From Candidatus Dormiibacterota bacterium (GTDB lineage Bacteria > Chloroflexota > Dormibacteria > Aeolococcales > Aeolococcaceae), in contig CAVYGR010000007.1 of the NCBI GenBank assembly GCA_963768105.1, positions 14,165 through 78,164 of the forward strand: a stretch of DNA of 64,000 nt. The letters run 5' to 3'. The notes under the pieces are model-generated. The model made no database searches, was not told where the DNA came from, and saw only the letters and a list, made by a program, of their open reading frames with translations. Made by a program: the position numbers and the translations under genes. Each line of letters opens with the position of its first letter. Positions within the stretch are counted from its first letter, which is position 1. Shown in pieces: positions 1 to 11,300 of the stretch.

Positions 1-1
1 C

Positions 2-659
2 GACATCATGGGATTGCTCGGCGGTACCGCACTCCCTCCGTACTCGCTCGACGACATGGCAGACGATGCGATCGGCCTCCTCGATGCACTCGGGGTCGCG
101 GCGGCACACGTCGTGGGGGCGTCGATGGGAGGGATGATCGCGCAACTGATCGCGATCAAACACCCGGAGCGGGGTGCTGAGCCTCACCTCGATGATGTCG
201 ACCGTGGGCGGTCCCAACGTCGTACAGGCCGAACCCGCCGTCGGGGCCGCTCTGCTGGCACCGCCAGGACGAACTCGAGAGGAACGGGTGGAGCGATCGC
301 TGGCCAACCGCCGGCTGATCTTCGGCACGGGGATGCCGTTCGACGAGGATCGCGCCCGGCGCAAGGCGGAACGCGCTGTCGATCGCTGCTTCTACCCCGA
401 CGGTGCCATGCGTCAGCTCGCGGCGATCTTCGCCGCCCCGGACAGGGCGCCCGCGCTCGAACGGCTGACCATCCCAACGCTCGTCATCCATGGAGAGAAG
501 GACCCGCTGGTGCCACCCGCGAACGGCCGTCAGACGGCGGCAGCGCTACCGCGTTCCCGGCTGATCATGATCCCGGGCATGGGCCACGCCCTGCCCGACC
601 ACGTGTGGCCGCAGATCGTCGATGCGATCGTTGCCGTCACGTCGGGGTCGGCGGGGTGA
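2..659 (+). pseudogene. alpha/beta-fold hydrolase, 5' end outside window, one frame break
   Basis: The ORF 8..697 frame carries the N-terminal part, including the nucleophile elbow GASMGG and IAIKHPER. The ORF 174..659 frame carries the rest ([26 protein letters not shown]). The two frames join at the GGGG run 171-174. Confidence 0.7.
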
Positions 660-722
660 GGTCACTCTTAACCGAAGTGAAAGCCACACCAACTTAGGAT
701 CAGAACTACCCCTTCCCTTTTC

Positions 723-756
723 GAGCCCCCGGCACCGTGCCAGGGGCTCGTTTTGT
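723..756 (+). terminator. putative intrinsic terminator after the hydrolase gene
   Basis: GAGCCCCCGGC / GCCAGGGGCTC stem (one mismatch) at 723-749, followed by GTTTTGT. Confidence 0.5.
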
Positions 757-902
757 ATGGCGACGCGTTTCCGACGCCATGCGGTTCGCCCGCCTCCGGG
801 GATGCACACGTCCTCAGCGCCGGCCAACCTTGACAAGCGATTGAGCGAAATGAGAGGATTGCCGCCTTTGCAGGGATGGGTTCGAAAGGGGATCAGGGGA
901 CT

Positions 903-1697
903 ATGAAAGGCACGAGACTGGTAGCGACGGCGATGGCATTCGGATTCGGCATCGGCGCGACGTCATTGGCCGGCCCACTCGTGGCGCACGCCGTCGGGCC
1001 CGTGGCCACGTACGTCCTCGCGCCCTCGCCCATCGCACCGAGTGGATCGCTGGCAGCGAGCGCCACCGTAAGCGTGACGCTCACCGCCGAGGATTCGACC
1101 AGCACAGCCGTCCCCGGGGCGACGGTGTATGTGGCGTTCAAGCACACGGTGACTGGCGGCGGTTCCGCGCAAGTGGGAACCACCGTGCTCACTCTGAAGC
1201 CACAGCCGTTCGTGACTGACAGCCTTGGGCATGTGGCCATCAGCTATCACACGCCCTCGACACTGCCCAGCAACGGCGAGGACTTGATCAGCGCACAGAA
1301 CACCGCCTCGACCCCGACCATTAAAGTGAGCGACCACTACATCTTCGACAAGGTCGCGCGCTACGCGATGAGTCCCCATCCCATTGCGGTAACGGCGTCG
1401 CTCCACGGCAGCGCCAGCGTGACCGTGACGCTCACGGCGCAGAACAGCAGTCGCGTCGGCGTGTCCGGCGCGGTCGTGTACCTCCTCTTCGCCCCGGCGG
1501 CGGGCGGTGGGTCGGCGTGGGTTGGCACGACAGCGTTGACAGGTACTCCTCAGGCGTTCACCGCCAATGCGAGTGGCGTCATCTCGATCACCTACAGAAC
1601 TCCCGCCGTGCCTCCGACCAGCGGCGTCGACATCATCCGGGCAAGGAGCGCCCCGACGCATCCGATCGTCGTGGCCAGCGACAGCTACACGTTCTAG
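903..1697 (+). CDS. secreted protein with two tandem Ig-like ~125-aa repeats, function unknown
   Basis: ORF 876..1697. ATG 903 gives the signal-peptide-like MKGTRLVATAMAFGFGIGATSLAGPLVAHA. Two internal repeats (YVLAPSPIA...SDHYIF and YAMSPHPIA...SDSYTF) share ATVSVTLTAEDS / ASVTVTLTAQNS beta-strand patterns. Confidence 0.7.
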   Translation: MKGTRLVATAMAFGFGIGATSLAGPLVAHAVGPVATYVLAPSPIAPSGSLAASATVSVTLTAEDSTSTAVPGATVYVAFKHTVTGGGSAQVGTTVLTLKPQPFVTDSLGHVAISYHTPSTLPSNGEDLISAQNTASTPTIKVSDHYIFDKVARYAMSPHPIAVTASLHGSASVTVTLTAQNSSRVGVSGAVVYLLFAPAAGGGSAWVGTTALTGTPQAFTANASGVISITYRTPAVPPTSGVDIIRARSAPTHPIVVASDSYTF

Positions 1698-1904
1698 AGC
1701 ACGTCGCGGAGCACACCCTGGCTCGCTCTCGTTCGGCCGAGCAGGTCGACGTCGAGCCAGGGCACTCCGAGGCGCTGCCGCCACGTCAGTAGCCCCTCAG
1801 GAGCGCGCTGACCAACGACTGCTCCGCGTCACCGCGCCGCCCGCGGTCGTCATCATCAGGGTGTGCTGCCGACAAGGAGCGGGTGAGATGCGGATCGAAG
1901 TGCT

Positions 1905-2507
1905 GTGGGCCGGCGGGGCGGTACCGACAGCGTGAGCGCACCGAGCGAGCGCGCCGATCGCCTCGAGACGCTGGTGCATGAACTGCTCGGCGAAGTCGGC
2001 GAGAACCCGGCTCGGGAAGGGCTCGTTCACACACCCAAGCGCGTGGCGATGAGTCTCCGGTTCCTGTTGAGCGGGTACGGCCTCCGCCTCGAAACACTCG
2101 TCAATGGCGCCATTTTCGAAGAGCCCTACTCTGAGATGGTCGTGGTCAGGGACATCGAGGTGTACAGCCTCTGCGAGCATCATCTCCTGCCCTTCTTCGG
2201 CAAGGCGCACGTCGCCTACATCCCTGCGGGTCGCATCCTCGGTCTGAGCAAGATCCCTCGCATCGTCGACATGTTCGCACGCCGTCTGCAGGTGCAGGAG
2301 CGACTCACCACCGAGATCGGCGACGCGCTCCAGGCCACCCTGCAACCTCAGGGCGTGGGAGTCGTGATCGAGGCCACCCATCTCTGCATGGCCATGCGCG
2401 GGGTGGAGAAGCAGAACAGTTCCGCGGTGACGTCGTCGCTGCTCGGCTGCCTGCGCGATGACGACAAGTCGCGCAACGAATTTCTCAGCCTGATCGGGCG
2501 TCGATAG
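1905..2507 (+). CDS. folE: GTP cyclohydrolase I
   Basis: [36 protein letters not shown] and RLQVQERLT. The exact start is uncertain (alternative GTG near 1934). Confidence 0.9.
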   Translation: MGRRGGTDSVSAPSERADRLETLVHELLGEVGENPAREGLVHTPKRVAMSLRFLLSGYGLRLETLVNGAIFEEPYSEMVVVRDIEVYSLCEHHLLPFFGKAHVAYIPAGRILGLSKIPRIVDMFARRLQVQERLTTEIGDALQATLQPQGVGVVIEATHLCMAMRGVEKQNSSAVTSSLLGCLRDDDKSRNEFLSLIGRR

Positions 2508-2546
2508 ACCGGAGGAGGTGTCCGCGCTGCCCGGGCCGCGAGTGGA

Positions 2547-2759
2547 TCAGCCCGCGCCCACCGCCGCCACCTCGACCCAGAGCAGCGCCACTCCCAATCC
2601 GAACAGGAAAGCGCCGAGCGCCAGGTGGGCCCACCGGATCGGCTCCTTCCCCTTGCGGCGCACCAACCGGCTGTAGACGGTCACCCCGATCAACCCCAAC
2701 CCGCCGGCGACCAGGATCGTCGCGGGCACGCCGAGCAGCGCACCGAGCACCCCTTGCAT
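2547..2759 (-). CDS. small hypothetical membrane protein
   Basis: 70-aa ORF filling the folE-rlmN gap. It has two hydrophobic segments separated by RRKGKEPIR. No family recognised. Confidence 0.4.
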   Translation of the reverse strand: MQGVLGALLGVPATILVAGGLGLIGVTVYSRLVRRKGKEPIRWAHLALGAFLFGLGVALLWVEVAAVGAG

Positions 2760-2814
2760 GCAGCCAGCCTACGAGGTCGACGGCGCCCGGCGATCCCGCC
2801 CGTACCATGGACTG

Positions 2815-3921
2815 ATGTCGATACCGGCACTCAGCACGGCGAGCGACGCGATGGTCGAGGACACGATGGCCCGACTCGGCCAACCCGCGTGGCGAGCGCG
2901 CCAGATCCAGCAGGCGGCGTGGCAACCGTACGTGACCGGCTTCGAGACGATCCAGCAACTCCCCTCGCCGCTGCGCCAGGTCCTGACCAGCGAGTTTCAT
3001 TTCTCGACCGTGGGTATCGATGCCGAGGCGGTTGCCGATGCGGGCGCGACCATCAAGCTGCTCTGCCGCCTCGGTGACGGGCAGACCGTCGAAACCGTCG
3101 CCATGGAAACCCCCGCAGGATCCGGCTCGCGACGGCGCACGACTGTGTGCGTCAGCAGCCAGGTGGGCTGTGCCGTCGGGTGTCCGTTCTGCGCCACCGG
3201 GCACATGGGTCTGCGGCGCAATTGCACGGCCGCCGAGATCGTCGATCAGGTCCGCGCCGCGGCGAGCGTCCTCCATCGACGGGGCCTCGGGCCGGTGACG
3301 CACGTCGTGTACATGGGCATGGGGGAGCCGCTGGCCAACGCCGGCGCAACGCTCGAGTCGCTCGCCGTGCTGACCCGCGCCGCGGGGATCAGCGCGAGGC
3401 GCATCACCGTCTCGACGAGCGGTGTTGTGCCGGGCATCGAAGCGCTCGCCGCCTCGGGCCGGCCGGTCACGCTCGCGCTCTCGCTGCACGCTGCGACCGA
3501 CGAGCTCCGCGATCGTCTCGTCCCCATCAACAGGACGTACCCACTCGGAGTGGTGCTGGACACCGCGTCCCGGTACGTGGAGCAGAGCGGGCGGCGCCTC
3601 ACGTTCGAGTGGTGTCTGATCGGTGGCGTGAATGACTTCGTCGAGCAGGCGGAAGGGCTGCGCGATCTCGCCGACCGCGCCCGGGCCCACATAAACGTGA
3701 TCCCCATGAACCGCATCGACGGCAGCCCGTGGGGTCCACCCGAGGCCGCCGTGGCACGCCGCTTTCTCGGCGCGCTCCGCGGGGCGCGAGTGACGGTGCG
3801 AGACACCCGCGGCGGCGACGCCGACGCGGCCTGCGGGCAGCTTCGCGCCGATCTCGAGGCTCGGCGGCTCCTGCGACCGGACGGCACGCTCTCGCCCCCG
3901 CGGGTGCCGGCTCGCGTGTGA
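2815..3921 (+). CDS. rlmN: radical-SAM 23S rRNA/tRNA adenine-C2 methyltransferase
   Basis: [18 protein letters not shown] (CxxxCxxC), GMGEPLAN, and [11 protein letters not shown] near the N-terminus. ATG 2815 is preferred; ATG 2758 is possible. Confidence 0.9.
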   Translation: MSIPALSTASDAMVEDTMARLGQPAWRARQIQQAAWQPYVTGFETIQQLPSPLRQVLTSEFHFSTVGIDAEAVADAGATIKLLCRLGDGQTVETVAMETPAGSGSRRRTTVCVSSQVGCAVGCPFCATGHMGLRRNCTAAEIVDQVRAAASVLHRRGLGPVTHVVYMGMGEPLANAGATLESLAVLTRAAGISARRITVSTSGVVPGIEALAASGRPVTLALSLHAATDELRDRLVPINRTYPLGVVLDTASRYVEQSGRRLTFEWCLIGGVNDFVEQAEGLRDLADRARAHINVIPMNRIDGSPWGPPEAAVARRFLGALRGARVTVRDTRGGDADAACGQLRADLEARRLLRPDGTLSPPRVPARV

Positions 3922-5006
3922 GCGGCGACGAGGCGCTGATGGACGCGGCGTTGCTCGCGGCCGCGACCGCCGACTTCGCCACCAGCCCCAACCCCATGGT
4001 CGGCTGCGTGATCGCGCGCGGAGGGGACATCATCGCCACCGGCTTCCACCGGAGGGCCGGCGATCCGCACGCCGAGATCGAAGCGCTTGCGCTCGCCGGG
4101 GACCGGGCCCGCGGTGCCGACGTCTTCGTCACGCTCGAGCCCTGCGCGCACGCGGGGCGCACGCCCCCCTGCACCGACGCGCTGATCGCGTCCGCGCCGC
4201 GCCGGGTTGTTGTTGCCATGACCGACCCGAACCCACAGGTGAACGGGCGCGGGGTCGCGGCGGTCCGCAGCGCCGGGATCGCGGTCGACGTCGGCATGCG
4301 CGAGGCCGAGGCACGCCGTCTGAACGAGTTCTACGTGCAGCACATCACGACCGGGCTGCCGTTCGTCACCGCGAAATTCGCGGCGTCACTGGACGGCCGG
4401 ATCGCGACCGCATCCGGTGAGTCGCGTTGGATCACCTCCGAGGCGGCCCGCACCGCGGCCCACCGCCTGCGCCACACGCACGATGCGGTCCTGGTGGGCG
4501 TCAACACGGTGCTCGCCGACGATCCCGAGTTGACCACTCGCATCGAGGGCGGCCGGTCACCTATCCGTGTGGTGGTGGACAGCTCGTTGCGCACACCCGC
4601 CTCGGCGCGGGTGCTGCGGCCGGCTTCCGCGCCGACGCTGGTGGCGACCACCATCCGGGCGGACCCCGAAGCACTTGGCCGCCTACGCGACCAGGGAGTC
4701 GAGGTCGAGGTCGTCGACTCCGCGACGTCGGGCGTCAACCTGCGCGCGTTGATGACGCTCCTCGGCAGGCGTGGAGTCATCAGCGTGCTCATCGAGGGTG
4801 GGGCGTCCGTGCTCGGCTCCGCATTCGATGAGCAGATCGTGGACAAGGTCGTGGCCATGCTGGCGCCGAGGATCATCGGGGGCGCGGCCACGGGGGCGGT
4901 GGGCGGCGACGGGGTCCCGACGCTCGCAGGCGCGAGGCTGCTGCGCGACGTCTGCGTCGATCGCGCGGGGCCGGATCTCATTGTCACCGGGTACTGTGTA
5001 CGCTGA
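3918..5006 (+). CDS. ribD: bifunctional riboflavin-pathway pyrimidine deaminase/reductase
   Basis: Deaminase zinc motifs HAEIEAL and [11 protein letters not shown], followed by the reductase half ([26 protein letters not shown]). GTG 3918 overlaps the rlmN stop (GTGA); ATG 3939 is an alternative. Confidence 0.9.
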   Translation: MSGDEALMDAALLAAATADFATSPNPMVGCVIARGGDIIATGFHRRAGDPHAEIEALALAGDRARGADVFVTLEPCAHAGRTPPCTDALIASAPRRVVVAMTDPNPQVNGRGVAAVRSAGIAVDVGMREAEARRLNEFYVQHITTGLPFVTAKFAASLDGRIATASGESRWITSEAARTAAHRLRHTHDAVLVGVNTVLADDPELTTRIEGGRSPIRVVVDSSLRTPASARVLRPASAPTLVATTIRADPEALGRLRDQGVEVEVVDSATSGVNLRALMTLLGRRGVISVLIEGGASVLGSAFDEQIVDKVVAMLAPRIIGGAATGAVGGDGVPTLAGARLLRDVCVDRAGPDLIVTGYCVR

Positions 5007-5023
5007 GGGGCAGGAGGACGAAC

Positions 5024-5641
5024 GTGTTCAGCGGCATTGTGGAAACCCTTGGCGACGCCCAGATCGGTCCGGACGGGCGGCTGCACATCACGCCGCGCAT
5101 TCCGTTTTCCGAGCTCGGGGTGGGGGAGAGCGTCGCGGTGAACGGCACCTGCCTCACCGTCGCCGCCGTGACCCCCACCGGGTTCACGGCCGACGTCATG
5201 CCCGAGACCCGGCACCGGACTACGCTCGGCGGCCTCGACGCCCGCGGGCCCGTCAACCTGGAGCGGGCATTGCGGTTCGGTGACCGCGTCGGCGGTCACA
5301 TGCTCAGCGGTCATATCGACGCGACCGGGATCGTGAGCGCGCTTCGCGAGGACGGCAACGCCCGATGGATCACGATCGCCGCGACCGATGGGCTGACGGA
5401 ACTCGTCGCCGAGAAGGGCTGCATCGCCGTCGACGGCGTCAGTCTGACCGTCGTCGATGTGTTCGAGGCGGCCTTCACCGTCTCGTTGATCCCGCTGACG
5501 CTCCGCAACACCACGGCCGGCGGGTGGGCGGTCGGGACCCGCGTGAACCTTGAGATCGATCTCATCGCACGCTACGTCGCCCGCGCGCTGACGTCTCGGG
5601 AGCTCAGCCCGGCGCTCGCCGCATCCCGGAACGGGGAGTAA
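5024..5641 (+). CDS. ribE: riboflavin synthase
   Basis: MFSGIVETLG N-terminus and duplicated lumazine-binding halves (NGTCLTV / DGVSLTV). GGAGGA lies upstream of GTG 5024. Confidence 0.9.
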   Translation: MFSGIVETLGDAQIGPDGRLHITPRIPFSELGVGESVAVNGTCLTVAAVTPTGFTADVMPETRHRTTLGGLDARGPVNLERALRFGDRVGGHMLSGHIDATGIVSALREDGNARWITIAATDGLTELVAEKGCIAVDGVSLTVVDVFEAAFTVSLIPLTLRNTTAGGWAVGTRVNLEIDLIARYVARALTSRELSPALAASRNGE

Positions 5642-5644
5642 CAG

Positions 5645-6868
5645 GTGGGGCTGGCCAGCGTCGACGACGCCATCGCCGACATCCGCGCCGGCAAGTTCGT
5701 GATCATCGTCGACGACGAGGATCGCGAGAACGAGGGTGATCTCGCGATCGCCGCGGACCGCATCACCCCGGAGGCGGTCAACTTCATGGCGACGCACGGG
5801 CGCGGGCTGATCTGCGTTCCCTGCGAAGGGTGGCGGCTCGACGAGCTCGGCGTTGGCGCCATGGTCGACGAGAACACGTCGCGTTTCGGCACCGCGTTCA
5901 CCGTGACCATCGAGGCGATCGGCCACGGTGTGACCACGGGCATCAGCGCCTTCGACCGCGCCACCACCATCCGCCTGCTCTGCGACGAGCACGCCAAGCC
6001 GAGCGACTTCGCCAAGCCGGGGCACACCTTTCCGCTTCGGGCCGCAGCCGGGGGCGTTCTCGAGCGCGCCGGCCAGACCGAGGCGATCGTCGATCTGTGC
6101 AAGCTCGCCGGCCGGTTTCCTGCGGGCGTCATCTGCGAGGTCATGCGCGCCGACGGCCGCATGGCGCGACGTCCCGACCTGGATGCGTTCGCCGCCGAGC
6201 ATGACATCAGGATCGTCTCCGTCGACGCGCTCATCGCCTACCGGCGGCGCAGCGAACAGCTCGTCATCCGCGGCGCCACCACGAGTTTGCCCACCGCGTA
6301 CGGCACGGTCACGGCGCACGCTTACGAGGACGTCATCACGCACGTGACCCACGTCGCGCTGGTCTGGGGAGACGTGCGTGGGGACGAGCCGATCCTGGTG
6401 AGGGTCCACAGCGAGTGCCTGACGGGGGATGTGTTCGGGTCACAGCGCTGCGACTGCCAGGGTCAATTGCACAAGGCCATGGCCATGATCGAGGACGCCG
6501 GGAAGGGCGTGCTCGTCTATCTCCGCCAGGAGGGTCGCGGCATCGGTCTCATGGACAAGCTTCGCGCCTACGCACTGCAGGACCGAGGGCTCGACACGGT
6601 CGAGGCCAACGTCAGCCTCGGCCTACCCATCGACAAGCGCGACTACGGCATCGGCACGCAGATTCTCTCCGACATCGGCGTGAAGCGGATGATCGTGCTG
6701 ACCAACAACCCCAGGAAGTACTACGGGCTCAGCGGCTACGGCCTCGAGGTCACCGATCAGATTCCGCTGGTGGTGCCGTCCAACGCGCACAACGAGCGGT
6801 ACCTCCGGGCGAAGCAGGACAAGCTCGGTCACAGCCTGGACCTCGACGGTGCCCTCGACGCGTCCTGA
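5645..6868 (+). CDS. ribBA: bifunctional DHBP synthase / GTP cyclohydrolase II
   Basis: [11 protein letters not shown] and GHTFPL (RibB half), then [21 protein letters not shown] and EGRGIGL (RibA half). Confidence 0.92.
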   Translation: MGLASVDDAIADIRAGKFVIIVDDEDRENEGDLAIAADRITPEAVNFMATHGRGLICVPCEGWRLDELGVGAMVDENTSRFGTAFTVTIEAIGHGVTTGISAFDRATTIRLLCDEHAKPSDFAKPGHTFPLRAAAGGVLERAGQTEAIVDLCKLAGRFPAGVICEVMRADGRMARRPDLDAFAAEHDIRIVSVDALIAYRRRSEQLVIRGATTSLPTAYGTVTAHAYEDVITHVTHVALVWGDVRGDEPILVRVHSECLTGDVFGSQRCDCQGQLHKAMAMIEDAGKGVLVYLRQEGRGIGLMDKLRAYALQDRGLDTVEANVSLGLPIDKRDYGIGTQILSDIGVKRMIVLTNNPRKYYGLSGYGLEVTDQIPLVVPSNAHNERYLRAKQDKLGHSLDLDGALDAS

Positions 6869-6905
6869 GGGCTCTGCCAATCCGCTGTCGGCGAGGGTCC
6901 GGGGT

Positions 6906-7475
6906 GTGCGCGTCCATGAGGGTGCACTCGACGCCAGCGGCATGCGCTTCGCCATCGTGGTCTCCCGGTTCAACGACATCGTCTCGACACCGCTGCTCGA
7001 GGGTGCGGTCGAGGCCCTCGAAGTCCACGGAGCATCGGCCGATGACATCGTGGTGGCATGGGTGCCGGGCGCCTTCGAGACACCCATCGCCGCTCGAGAA
7101 ATCGCGGAGCACGCTGGCGTGGACGCGGTGGTGTGCCTCGGGGCGGTGATCCGCGGCGAGACCGCCCACTTCGACTACGTCGCGGGCGAGGCTGCCCGTG
7201 GCATCGCATCGGTCCATGCGACCACCGGGGTCCCGGCAACCTTCGGAGTGCTCACCGTCGACACCCTCGAGCAGGCGATGGATCGAGCGGGAGGCAAGCA
7301 CGGCAACAAGGGAGCGGAGGCCGCGGTGACCGCCATCGAGATGGTGTCGCTGCTTCGCGCGCTGCGAACCCGCGCGACCGCCGAGGGCGACGCGCCGTCT
7401 CGTGACCGCTCCAGCGCGCATCGTGTCGCTGCTTCCCAGCGCAACGGAGATCCTCTTCGCGATCGGGGCGGGTGA
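6906..7475 (+). CDS. ribH: 6,7-dimethyl-8-ribityllumazine synthase (3' end uncertain)
   Basis: [34 protein letters not shown] and [15 protein letters not shown]. The ORF runs roughly 30 codons past the usual family end and overlaps the next gene by 74 nt. An indel may have removed the native stop. Confidence 0.85.
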   Translation: MRVHEGALDASGMRFAIVVSRFNDIVSTPLLEGAVEALEVHGASADDIVVAWVPGAFETPIAAREIAEHAGVDAVVCLGAVIRGETAHFDYVAGEAARGIASVHATTGVPATFGVLTVDTLEQAMDRAGGKHGNKGAEAAVTAIEMVSLLRALRTRATAEGDAPSRDRSSAHRVAASQRNGDPLRDRGG

Positions 7476-8350
7476 CCGCGTCGTCGGGGTGACGCACGAG
7501 TGCGACTACCCCGAGGACGCACGGCACCTTCCCAAGGTCACCTCGAACGCGGTGATCGCGGACGGGGGCGCCGCCTCCGAGATCGACCGGCACATCCCCG
7601 CGGCCCGCCATGCCGGGTCGAGCATCTACCGGCTCGACGAGCGACTGCTCCGCGACCTGCGGCCGGACCTCATCGTGACCCAGGAGCTGTGCGACGTCTG
7701 CGCGGTCGCATACGGCGAGGTGCAGCGCGCGGTCCGCCGCCTGCCCGGCGAACGTCCCGATCCTGTCCCTGGAGCCGCGCTCACTCGAGGACATCTGCGC
7801 CTCGGTGGAGGAGGTGGGCGTGGCGACGGGCTGCGACGACGGCGGCACTCGGGTCGCTGCCGAGATGCGCCGAAACATCGCAACCGTTGCGCGCTCTGCC
7901 TGCGGCCGAGCCGCCGCCGCGTGCCGTGTGCATCGAGTGGACCGACCCGATCATGGTCGGCGGCCACTGGGTGCCCGAGATGGTGCGAATCGCCGGAGGC
8001 GTCGACGTCCTCGGTTTCGCGGGAGCACCGTCTCGATACGCGTCGTGGTCCGATGTAATCGCCGCGCGCCCCGACGTCCTGGTGCTGATGCCGTGCGGTT
8101 TCGATCTCGAGCAGTCCTCGCGCTCGTTTCCGACGTGACGGCGCGCCCGGGGTTCGACGCGCTCCCGTGCGCGACGCAGCGGGCGGGTGCTCGCCGTCGA
8201 CGGATCCGCGTACTTCAACCGCCCGGGGCCGCGGATCGCCCACGGCCTGGAGATCCTCGCCGCAGCGCTGCGCGCACGCTCCGGGAGATCCCGCGCCGGC
8301 CGGCGCCGCCTACTGCTGGAACCAGCCGGCGACGTCGAGGATGGCGTTGA
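7402..8350 (+). pseudogene. BtuF/FecB-like cobalamin- or siderophore-binding protein without signal peptide, at least 5 frame breaks
   Basis: The conserved sequence hops between frames. [32 protein letters not shown] and DLIVTQELCDVC are in frame 7402. ILSLEPRSLEDICASVEEVG is in frame 7805. CIEWTDPIMVGGHWVPEMVRIAGG and LMPCGFDLEQ are in frame 7500. VSDVTARPGFDALP follows, then VLAVDGSAYFNRPGPRIAHGLEILAAAL. Joins lie near 7757, 7905, 8110, 8165 and 8185. The true stop is unclear. Confidence 0.7.
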
Positions 8351-11300
8351 TCGATCCCGCGGCGTTGTAGAGGCTCACATCGCCCGTCAGTCCTCCGGTC
8401 GTCGCGATCCGCACGATGGCGAGGTTGGCGATCACATCATTGGCGCTGGGGTTGAGGTCCGACGTCCCGGGCCGTGGCGCATCGCTCGGATAGAGCGTGA
8501 AATACGTCGCCGCGGTGCCCGAAACGCCGGTGAGGTTTGCCACGACCGCGATCGGCGGCGTTCAACACGCCTTTCGCCGGCACCACCATCACCCCCGCGA
8601 CCGGGATGACTTCGGTCACGGCCTTGCCCAGCGGTTTGCCCGCGCACTCGGTGCCCGAGCCGGCTTGCGAGTGTCGCAGATCCGGGTCGGCGGTACCGAG
8701 TAGAACAGGGCGCCGGATGTCGGTCTCGCTGCCGGTGCCGAACCAGCCGTTGACATCGATGATGAAATTGGCGCTGCCGGCAGCGTTGTAGACACAGATG
8801 TCGTTATGTGGGCCGAGCTGTGAGATCACGCGGATTCGGCAGGTTCTGGGCGGCGTTGGCGTTGAGATTCGACCAGGATGGTGCTCCGGTTGGGCACTGG
8901 TCGCTGGCGTTTGGCGAGGCGACCGACAGAAACGTCGCCGTCGACTCCTGCGTCGCGATGAGATCGAACACCCCAGCCGACGCCCCCGTCGACGGTATCG
9001 ACGAGGCGCCGGCCAGCCCCACAAGCCGCCAGGTCTTGGCGGGCAGCGGATTGTTGGTCGCGCCGGCGCACGCGGTATGGGTGTTGGCGAGGGTGTCGCA
9101 GATGCGGAAGGACGCAATGCCGTGGAATTCACCGGGGACCATCCCGGACCCGGTGGGCGCGGTGAAATATCCCTCGACGTCGACGACCACATCGACGCTT
9201 CCCACGGAGTTGTACACGGTGATCCCACCGGTCGCGCTCAGCTGAACGACCACCAGGTTGTCCAGCGTGGCGCCGCCGTCGACATTGAGGTTCGCCGCGA
9301 CGGGCACCGACCCACCCGCAGGGAAGGCGGTGAGGTAGGTGCGAGTGGTGCTGTGATTGATCGCCGCCACGTTGAGCACGACCGCGTGCGCACCCGTGGG
9401 CACCGGGCCTCCCGTGATCTGGATGCTGACCGTGCCGTGCGATCCGAGCGTCTTGCCCGAGCACTGGGGGGTCGGCGATTTCGGTCGCGTGTCGCACACA
9501 CGGAAGGGGGTGATGGCGGAATAGGCGGTCGGCGCGACGAATGCGTACTGGTCCGCCGCGCTGGTGCCGCTGGGGCCGACGTCGGTGACCACCGTGATAT
9601 CCGCCGTGCCCGGGCCTGCCACGGCGGGGGTGAACACGCTGATCTGCGATGCGCTGACGACGGAGAAGCAGCCCGTGGTGGAGGAGGGACACGGGTAGGC
9701 ATTGGTCGCCGGAACGTCGGTGGTCCCGACGCTGCCACCGCCGGTGAAGACGACGTCGGACGCCGTGAATCCCGAGCCGGTGAAGTTGGTGCCCACGACG
9801 GTCACCACGTCACCGCCTTTCTGCGCTCCGCTTCGCTGCGAAAGACTCGTGACCGTGGGGACGTTGGCGGCGTAGATGTACTTGCTCCCCGAGGACGTGA
9901 CGCTGGTGCCCCCGACCGTGGTCGCCGTCAGGAAGACGCTGCCGGCGGCATGCGCGGGAAAGTCTTCGATGAAGATCTGGGTCCCGCTGTTCACGTTGTA
10001 GCACGGCGCGGTCACGGTCCCCGGGCAAGGGGTGACGGTGATGCTGGTCGTGCCCACCACCACCGACTTGGTGGTGTAGTAGACGCCGGATTTGAACCCT
10101 GTTCCGGTGACGGTCACGTCCGCGCCACCGAGGATCGACCCGTGGTTGGGGGTGAGCTTGGTGATGGTGGGGATCGGTGCGTAAGCATAGGTGTCCGCCA
10201 CACCGGTCGCGCTGGTGCCGCCGGGCGTGGTCACGGTGATGTCGACCGTGGCGGCCGCCTCCGCGGGCATCGTGACCGTGATCTGGGTCGCGCTGTTCAC
10301 CGTGTAGCACGGCGTGGCCGGGCAGGCAGCTGTGACCGGCGTGCTGCCCACGGTCACCTGGGTCGCGTTGGTGAAGTCCGACCCGGTGAGGATGACGGAG
10401 GTACCACCGGCCACCGGCCCTGCCTGTGGGGCGACGCTCGTGACGTTCGGCAGCAACTCGTAGGTGTACTGGTCCGCGGTCGAGATCCCGCTCGTGCCGC
10501 CCGCCGTGGTCACCGAGAGATCGACAGTCCCCGCAGCGTGTGGTGGGAAATCCTCAGCCGTGATCTGGGTTGCGCTGTCGACGTTGTAGCACGCTGCATG
10601 CGGCGGCGTCGGACACGGTGTCGCGGCGATGTTGGTGGTCCCGTTGGTCACCTTGACGGTCGTGAAATCCGCGTTCGGCGCGTTGCTCGATTTGAAGCCC
10701 GTGCCGGTGATGACGACGGTGTTGCCGCCGACCGTCGGACCGAACAGCGGCGACACGCCGGTGACCGTCGGTACCGGCGCGTACACAAAGGTGTCCGCCG
10801 GCGACGTGCCGCTGGTGCCACCCGGCGTGGTCACGGTGATGTCGAAGAAACCTGCCGCCTCAGGTGGCATGTCGACGGTGATCTGCGTCGCGCTGATCAC
10901 CGTGAAGCACGGGGCGCTCCCGCAGGCGGCCGAGATCGCCGTCGTTCCCACAGATACAACGCTCACGTTGATGAAGCCGGTGCCGTTGACGGTCACGGCC
11001 GTGCCGCCGATCACGGGGCCGGCGTTGGGTGTGACGCTGGTAACGGTGGCAGCGGCCACGTACGTGTACTGGTCGGCGCTCGAGATCGCGCTGGTGCCGC
11101 CCGACGTCGTGACCGTGATGTCGACCGTGCCGGCTGACTCAGCAGGGACGTCGACGGTGATGCTGGTTCCACTGTTCACCGTGAAGCACGGAGCCGTCCC
11201 GCAGCTTGTGGTGACGTTCTGGCCCCCCACGGTCACCTCGGTCGTCGTGAAGCCAGAGCCCGTGAAGCCCGTGCCCGTCACCGTGACGGCGGTCCCGCCG

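Noticed and set aside
876-892. GGGTTCGAAAGG resembling a tRNA T-arm
   Set aside because: There is no acceptor, D or anticodon arm context. It lies just upstream of a protein start codon. I found no tRNA-like cloverleaf anywhere in the window by eye.
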